A model generated the notes under the pieces. The model saw only the letters and a program-made list of their open reading frames with translations, searched no databases and had not been told where the DNA came from. Both the position numbers and the translations under genes were made by a program. A DNA stretch of 64,000 nucleotides from Lytechinus pictus (taxonomy: Eukaryota): contig NC_087251.1 of NCBI RefSeq assembly GCF_037042905.1, forward strand, positions 19,594,001 to 19,658,000, given 5' to 3'. Of the stretch, positions 56,623-64,000 are shown piece after piece (positions within the stretch are counted from its first letter, which is position 1; each line of letters begins with the position of its first letter).

Positions 56623-58661
56623 TTATGTGCAAGGAACCAAAAAAATAATAAAAAAAGTGAGTTTGTATCAATTATATATTTTTGTGAATATAAAGAAAAG
56701 ACTTAACCAAATGTCTGAATTCACAACATAGACCTAAAAATATAAGATCCAACCATGGACCTACACCATGATCTAACTTACGATATGTGAAAGTTCCTGT
56801 CAAATCTCTTGTATTTATGGTCAAATTCAAGCATAAGATATGTTAATTTAAAAGCCAGATCCAAGAAGAACCACGTTTTAAATGTTTTAATATAAATCCA
56901 TTTCGAAAGCACGGAATATACGGATACTTCAGGATACAAAATTCTTATAGATAGCGTTCCAAACTCTGATCAAAGGAATACAATTTTTTTTTATTACCGT
57001 AAGATCATAATTTGAGAAGAGTAGTTCAATAACATTTACATTACATTATTTAACATTTTCCATTCTCCAGGCTTTACCAAAAGCTTGAGCTGGTTAGATA
57101 AACGTTTAATTACAGACATCTGTAAACTCTGAACATTAGTACGTCCGGTTGAAAATTAAATCATCTCAACATTGTGGGAACTTTGGTAGATTTTGGAGAT
57201 CAAGTGACCAGATGTTGCATCTGTCCGTATCTGATAGTTGTCTTTTCTCCCCGCTTTTCTCACATTCCGTGGGAATAAATGTGATTTGTTGGCTATTTCA
57301 TTTGAAAATGTCTTATGTATAGGCCTATAGGATAAACAGCTCAAATATCCATTATTATTTATTATGAAGAGAGGGGTGAATGACGAGAGAAGAGATAGAA
57401 GGAAGAGGGAAAGAAGGAGAAAGAAGGGGGAAGAGATATTGAAAGAGGAAGGGGGTAGAGGGAACATGAACTAAAGTAAACTAAAAATTGCTCAAATTAT
57501 TTCGGAAAATTTGTTGATATTCTACAAGTTATCCATGGCATAATGAGCAGTTGAGATGGTTTCATGCTCAGTCATATATTGCAAAGTTACCATGTTCATT
57601 TATATAAACACTCCTATACCATCCATGCCTATACACAATAATGTGTCATCAGTTTTACAGTGTAACATCGCAGATAAGAGAGATAAAAATCATAAGTATA
57701 ATGGACAGGAAGAAGAGAGTGGTAAAAATAAATAAGACGGACGGAGCAATGCGCTGAAGCGGGTCTGGAACAGAGCCTATCATGATCCTACTCGATGAGT
57801 AACCTATAGCTTCCGGGTAGGTCAGCTGACCCTGCAGACCGATAGGTTCATATCATCGTGAGATGAACTGCATGGTGGACGTCCTTCGATATACGAGATG
57901 TAATTACAAGACATCAACAAATCGCTTATAGCGACGCACCGGTGATTGATACAGATATATTTTAATTTGTGTTTCTTCCACAACTTACAACTAAAGGAGA
58001 TTTTTCATTCATTTTTTTTCCCAAAATACTTTAATGGTGATTCTAAGGTCTGCGGTTGAATGGCCAGTCATCGAAAAATCACTGACAGTGACACAGTGGC
58101 GATTGATACCGATATTGAGGTTTCAGTTATCATTAAAAAAATAGATTGTTGATAATGTTAGAAACTTGACAAGCACATGAGTTCAATTAGATTCACCGTA
58201 GTAACCTTTTCGATGTTATAGCTATGAGACCTAATTCATTCAAATGAGATGCAACGGTATGAATAAATTTAGGAGAGGTCCTTGATGAATTCAAACTTTT
58301 TTTGTGTTGAAATAAAGAGGCAAATGAAGAAATATGTGGTCGATGCTTCCTCTTGCTGTCTCTTAATATGGATAATTATTTTCTTCCCCATCCACCTTTA
58401 AATTTATTAATGGAAGACTAAAGTAAGAAAGAGGAAAAGGGGGGATATATGGGAGAAACTCCGTCGTGTCTACATCTACAACAAACCTTAACACCCTCAT
58501 GCAACCCAATACCATATCAAGCAACCTCTACTGACCGATCCCGTCACCATATCGATACCCCGTATACACTCGCCGCTTGGTGATCAATATCCTACCATCA
58601 GTGACGTGTCAATCAACCCTATCCTCTATTAATTAGTGTTCATCTTTCATTCGGGGACATC

Positions 58662-58788
58662 CCGATAGACCGCGGGTCCGATAGACCGCGGGTCCGTTAG
58701 ACCGCGGGTCCGATAGACCGCGGGTCCGATAGACCGCGGGTCCGATAGTCCGCGGGTCCGATAGACCGCGGGTCCGATAGTCCGCAGT
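58662..58788 (+). repeat. 16-bp tandem array CCGATAGACCGCGGGT, ~8 copies (left subterminal array)
   Basis: Counted directly; no spacers. Confidence 0.95.
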
Positions 58789-58934
58789 GTGTGTAAAATT
58801 ATGATCAGATATATCAAATGTCATCGAGAGGTCCAAAGGTCAAATTATACGAGGCCATGGGGTTCTATCAGGTGCGGATCCATGGAGGGCCGAGGGGGAA
58901 CTGCCTCACCCCCCCCCCCCCCCCACCCCCAGCT

Positions 58935-59648
58935 CAAAAAAAAGAGGGGAGAAGAGGGGAAAAGGGAGAGAATAAAAAAGAAAGAGGAAGATGGGAAAAG
59001 AAGAGAATAGAAAAGAGAGTAAGAAGGAGAAAGGAAGAGAAGAAAAAGGGGAAAGGAAAGACAAAGAAAAAAGGGAGAAGAAAAGGGGAAAGAAGAGGGA
59101 AAAAAGAGGAGGGAAAAGGAAAAGAAGAAAAGAAAGGAGAAAGGAAAAGGAGGAAAAAGAAGAAAAAAAGAGGAACGAAGAGAAGAATATTTAAATAGAG
59201 AGGAAGATGGGAAGAAAGATAAGAAAAGAGAGAGAGAGAGGAAGAGGGGAAGAAGAGAAGAAAGAGAGAGAGGGAGGAAGGGGAGAGAGAGAAGAAAAAA
59301 TATTAAAAGAGAAAAAAGGAGAAGGAAAGAAAAAGAAAAAGGGAGAAGTAAAGGGGAAAAGAGAAAAAAAGTGGAAGAGGGAAAAGAAAAGAACGGAGTA
59401 AGGAAAAGGGAGAAAAGAAGAAGAAAAAAGAGAGAGAGTAAGTGGGAAGAGAGGAAAAACGAGAAAAGAGGGAAAGAAAAGACAGCAAAAAGAGAAGAAA
59501 AGGGGGGAAGAAAAGATGGGGGAAAGAGAAGAAAGGGGGGAAAAGAAGAGGGGGAAAGAAAGAGAGAAAGAAAGAGAAAGGAAGGAAGGGGAATGAGGAT
59601 AAAAGAAAGAAAAAAGAAAGAAAAGGAGATGGGAAACGGAAGAGGGAG
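58935..59648. repeat. Polypurine (GA-rich) low-complexity tract
   Basis: ~710 bp of almost only A and G on the + strand; source of the K/R/E-rich and F/L/S-rich spurious ORFs. Confidence 0.95.
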
Positions 59649-60075
59649 ATGTTGACCTGGACGTCGATTTGATGGCGCCAAAATGACGTTCGAACTATGG
59701 GGCGCCGAATTGATGTTCGATCTAGCGGGGCACCAAATTGAATTTTGACCATAATGCGACAAATACATGTTTCAGAGAGGGGAGGGAGGGCAAAGTTATA
59801 TTTCACATGATGGGGGCGCCAATTTTATGTTCAACCGAGGGCGCCACATTGACCTTGAACTTAGAGGGCTTCATGCAAATTCATTTTCGACCGGGGACGC
59901 AACATTGCCTGTTTATAGTAAAATATATGTCCTGCCAAAGAACTTCAATTAATGCGGCTGAATTAAAATATCCCGTTTTTACGATAACAGAAAAAAAAAT
60001 GTTTTCGAGTTTTAAGTCTGTTTAGCGAGATAGATACCCTGTTCAGGGTCACAAAAAAGGGTTATTGTCAAATTC

Positions 60076-62575
60076 AGCTCGCGCTACGCGCTCGCAATAT
60101 TTGATTAATGAGGTATGCATCCTCTGCTTCAATCCCACATGTAAGTGTTAGTGTTTTTCAAGTCAACATACATAGGTCGATCCAGGGGGCAAAGATTTCC
60201 CCCCCCCCCCATGGTGGCGCAAAAAGGGGTAAGAAACAGAAAAAAGGAAGAGAAAAGGACAAGCAATTAGAATAGGAATTATACCTTAGTCCTTCTTAAG
60301 TCAGTATATAAATACAGCTCAATAGGCTGATATGTAGTTTAAAATATCAAGTTTTGATATCAATATACAAAACATAATTCAGCTCGGACATCGATCTTTC
60401 ATTATTTTGTTTTATTTACCAATTCATGTTTTAAGTGCTCTGGAAAATGTCCGTTTTATGGTTTGAATCAACATTTGCAACATTTTGTGCGCTCGCACTA
60501 TATGCCAAGTAGGCCTATGTATTGTCTTTTTATATTTCATATAAGATTCTCTAAATATACCTTTTCAGGTGTCTCGATTATAAAAAAAAATAATAAAGGC
60601 CTATGAGCTAGCGCTGTGCGCTCGCGTTTTGATTGGTGAGTTATGTATACCTATATATTAATTTTATAACAAACTACTTAAATCCCCCCATTAAAAGAAA
60701 AATCCGGATCGCGATTTGCGCTCGCATTATTTGCTAAAAATATATCAACCAATGAATCCTATTCATGATTACAAAAATACTTAAAATATCCAGTTTTCAG
60801 GCCTCATGCACTGTCAACAAATTTCACACACTCATTAGGCTTAACAGATTAATAAATATGAAATAAAATTTCTATAAATTCATTATAACTAAATTGTCCC
60901 TTTTTCAGAAATAAATTTTTAGAAAAACAAAGAGAAGATAGTCATCATTCTTATATGATGACAAAATGTCCTTAGGCCTAAAATGTCTCGATCCTAGGTC
61001 AAATAAATAATAAAATATCAGCTCGCGCTTCGCGCTCGCATTATATATATATAGTGCTATCAAATTTCCCTATATACACAGTGCTGTAAACAGTGCTTAA
61101 ATTGACCCTTTTCATATCGGAATTTCAAATATTATTTTCAGCTCGGGCTCTGCGCTCGCATTATTGATTTTTATGATGAAAAATGAAATGTATTCAGATT
61201 GCCAGGATTCTGTCTAACTCTAAAACACGCGCACGCATGTTTTTAGGATACAAAGCTTTATCTTATTCAAAACGTGCTAAAATTATCCAGTTTCGAATCA
61301 GAATATCAAAACAATTTTGCTCGCGCTTTGCGCTCGCATTATTATTGTAGGACGATACCAAAAATTACCCATCCTTTTTCATGATTGACAAACATGAATC
61401 GAATGTCCCATTGGGGGATTTGAAATCTCATCTTTTTAGGTTGGAATATCAAAAATGTTCAGCTCGCGCTCGCATTATTTAATCGTTGAAATATGTATCG
61501 TCTTAATGGCTAACTGCAAAACATCCTTAACATGTCCCTTTTCGACCAGGCCAGAACGAATATTTAACATTTCTGCTCGGCTTCGCGCTCGTGGTAATTA
61601 TCTAGTTATATACGCTGTTCAGGTTCACAAACATTGCCCAAAATGTTCAATTTTCAGGACAAAATACATGAAATTTCATTTTTAGATTACATAGGGCTTA
61701 AGAGATTATTACACATTTATGTTGCTTATAAAGTAAAGCTAGGAAATGACTGTTAGGACATGGGTGTTTTGCCCCCCCCCCCAAAAAAAAAAAGAAGAGA
61801 GAATCAAGACTAAGAAAAAATAGAGAGAAAAGGAAAGGGATTAGGATGAAATATAATATTATTTTCCAAATATTATGTCAAAATCTATCACAACCTTGTA
61901 TTTTTGTAATAAAAATGTCAGCATATTTGCTTGCTCGCTTCGCTCACTGGCAACTTCTTATTAATTTTATGCGATACACCATATCGAGCCCCCTCGAAAT
62001 TGTTGGCTCATTACGGCACTGGGACAACCCCTTCAAAGAAACAAAAAAAAAATCAACTTTGAGCGGCCGATCGGGGAAAATATGGGTGAAAAAATGGCCC
62101 CTCCCCCTAATGGCGGAAGCTGGGTCCGCCCCTGACTTAGGCTTTCAGGATATAATACATGATAAATCTATTTAAAAAATCAGATCGCGCTTCGCGTTCT
62201 CATTATTTATTTAGGCCTTGTGAGATACCTCAATTTGTTTTTAAGAATGAAATATCAGATTTTCTTTGACGTCTACCCCCCCCCCATTTCATTTATTTTT
62301 TTAACTTGGTGCCCTCGCCACCCACCCCCCCCCCTGTGCACCCATGCTGAATAAATACGCCACTGATGAGGAGAATTAGTCGATTGCTTCGAGATTGCAT
62401 TATTCCCAAGAGGTTATCATTAATATTATTGAAGGGTATTCTAACACAACAGTACAGAAACTACAGCTCCCGTTCACAGAATATTCTAGTAGGGCCTACT
62501 CTGGTAAGAAGTTAAACCAAATTGAACCCCCCCCCCCAAAAAAAAAAAAAATCGCTCGTGCTTTGCACTCCCATT
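60076..62575 (+). repeat. Dispersed internal repeat with core GCTCGCGCTTCGCGCTCGCA, about a dozen degenerate copies
   Basis: Copies near 60076, 60487, 60606, 60707, 61021, 61141, 61319, 61462, 61575, 61929, 62183 and 62554, typically preceded by ttttcagg...aaaattt. Confidence 0.85.
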
Positions 62576-63025
62576 GATATTACATTATATATTCATGGAT
62601 TTTTTTTTCAAGAACACATGGAAAAAGTGGTCTTTGGTTTTTTTTTAATGTGATTATAAGATAATTCAAAATCCATTTAAGGCACTTTAGTTAGCCTGGC
62701 CGGGAGGGAGTGGGCGCCATTTTTCGAAAAGTACACATATGGGCGCCAAAAATCAGGTCAAATTTGCCCCCCCTCCCTCCCCACGAAATCCTGGATCCGC
62801 GCCTGGGTTCTATAACAATAACCCAATAAGGGCAATCACCCCCTGACAACTACTTCAAGGAAAATATTATCCCCATATTTTTACCGGCGGGGACTGATAC
62901 CCCCCCCCCCGGAAATTTACCCTCCAGATAATTACCCCGGATAATTACTCCTAGTATGGAGCCTTGAAAATGCCATTAACGTGACGACATGGCGTGGTAC
63001 TTTATCTTGCCATGTCTTAATTAAT

Positions 63026-63342
63026 CATTGGCGGCGGAAGGCAAAACAATTTAGGGGGGTCCACCTGAAATTTTGGGATGGACACAGGTAAAAAAATTGA
63101 CAAGCAAATCAACAGGAAGGACCACCAATTTTGAAAAAATTTTGACAAGAAAAAAGGTTATAAACCAAAATTAGGGGGACAAAAAGATTTTAGGGGGGGG
63201 TCCACCTCAATTTAGGGGGGACGTAGAAAACAAATTGACAAGCCAAAAAAAGGTTCTCAACTAAAAATCTAGGGGGGACCGTCCCCCACCTCAAATTTAG
63301 GAGGAAAGGTCCCACCCCCCCCCCCCGCTTCCGCCGCCTAAG
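63026..63342. mobile_element. 317-bp hAT-type MITE with a perfect 8-bp TSD
   Basis: TAATTAAT|CATTGGCGGCGGAAG ... CTTCCGCCGCCTAAG|TAATTAAT (TSD at 63018-63025 and 63343-63350; TIR 13/15 match), with internal ttaggggg/tccacct/ttgacaag repeats. Confidence 0.9.
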
Positions 63343-63835
63343 TAATTAATACGCTTATTATTTTGACATAGCGATATATTCTATCTTGTCAAATCGATAT
63401 GTCCACATGGCGAGATATGAATTGTACAAGCCCCGGCGAGAATCCCGATATATCGCTATGTTGACATGTAACTTATTTAGGTCGACTTGGCAAGATAAAA
63501 TATCTCGCCATGTTGACATATAACTTTTTATAAGTGGACTGACTTGGCAGGATAACGTATCGCGCCATTATTTAGTCGACATGGCAAGATAAAGTATCTC
63601 GCCATGTCGTCAAGTCGATGGCTCCGTATGGCGTCTAGAGGGTAAATTTCCGGGGGGGGGGGGGTAACAGTCCCTGACGATAAAATATGGGGATAATATT
63701 TTCCTTGAAGTAGATGTCAGGGGGCGATTGTCCTTTGGGTCATCGTTATAGAACCCCAATGGACTCGTATCATTGGCCTTTTGACCTCTTGATGGCATTG
63801 GATCTCACTATATCCTGACCATAATTTTACACACA

Positions 63836-63993
63836 CCGCGGGCTATCGGACCCGCGGTCTATCGGACCCGCGGACTATCGGACCCGCGGTCTATCGGACC
63901 CGCGGTCTATCGGACCCGCGGACTATCGGACCCGCGGTCTATCGGACCCGCGGGCTATCGGACCCGCGGTCTATCGGACCCGCGGTCTATCGG
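63836..63993 (-). repeat. 16-bp tandem array in inverted orientation (ACCCGCGGTCTATCGG), ~10 copies (right subterminal array)
   Basis: Reverse complement of the 58662-58788 array. Confidence 0.95.
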
Positions 63994-64000
63994 GCTGTAA

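Larger units (their letters stand above)
58869..62805. mobile_element. 3.9-kb non-autonomous hAT-type element with a perfect 8-bp TSD
   Basis: GGTTCTAT|CAGGTGCGGATCCA ... TGGATCCGCGCCTG|GGTTCTAT (TSD at 58861-58868 and 62806-62813; TIR 13/14 match). No transposase ORF. Confidence 0.9.
58652..64000. mobile_element. Foldback-type non-autonomous DNA transposon with ~420-bp inverted arms, interrupted by nested insertions; right terminus at or just beyond the window edge
   Basis: The left arm (58652-58868 continuing at 62814-63016) is the imperfect reverse complement of 63578-64000: 16-mer arrays, gtgtgtgtaaaattatg, ggggttctataac, ctacttcaaggaaaatattatccccatatttt, cggaaatttaccctc, tactttatcttgccatgtc. 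Confidence 0.88.

Noticed and set aside
58662..58788. CRISPR-like repeat array and the 67-aa repetitive ORF over it
   Set aside because: The 16-bp units are head-to-tail with no spacers, there are no cas genes, the context is eukaryotic, and the array is mirrored at 63836-63993 as a transposon arm.
58789..59806. Long K/R/E-rich and F/L/S-rich ORFs (up to 307 aa)
   Set aside because: Artefacts of the polypurine/polypyrimidine tract, which has few stop codons.
62362..62400. Hammerhead-like CTGATGAG core
   Set aside because: Followed by GAGA rather than GAAA, with no stems I and III; it coincides with a transposon end junction.

Overview
AT-rich, gene-poor eukaryotic DNA. The repeat types (GCTCGCGCTTCGCGCTCGCA-bearing hAT-type elements, TTAA-flanked Kolobok-type MITEs, CWG-flanked Harbinger-type MITEs, tRNA-derived SINEs, a CR1/L2-group LINE tail) suggest a marine deuterostome, most likely a sea urchin (inference). 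There is one convincing host coding segment: a + strand terminal exon at 9927-10137 entered through a phase-2 intron (R|MQQQQQQ...DDDDDDDVHHR*). Its architecture fits exon 2 of Six3/6 (AAAAKNR|LQ/MQ...), with exon 1 upstream of the window. The remaining ~54 kb is non-coding and contains CpG-rich patches with Pax-, Otx-, Su(H)- and CTCF-like motifs, microsatellites and transposon remnants. The last 5.3 kb is a nested transposon stack: a foldback element with ~420-bp arms and 16-bp tandem repeats, carrying two later insertions with perfect 8-bp target-site duplications (TSDs). I found no prokaryotic system, CRISPR array, rRNA or intact tRNA gene, and no clearly new biological system. The best leads are the candidate Six3/6 regulatory landscape and the nested mobile elements.
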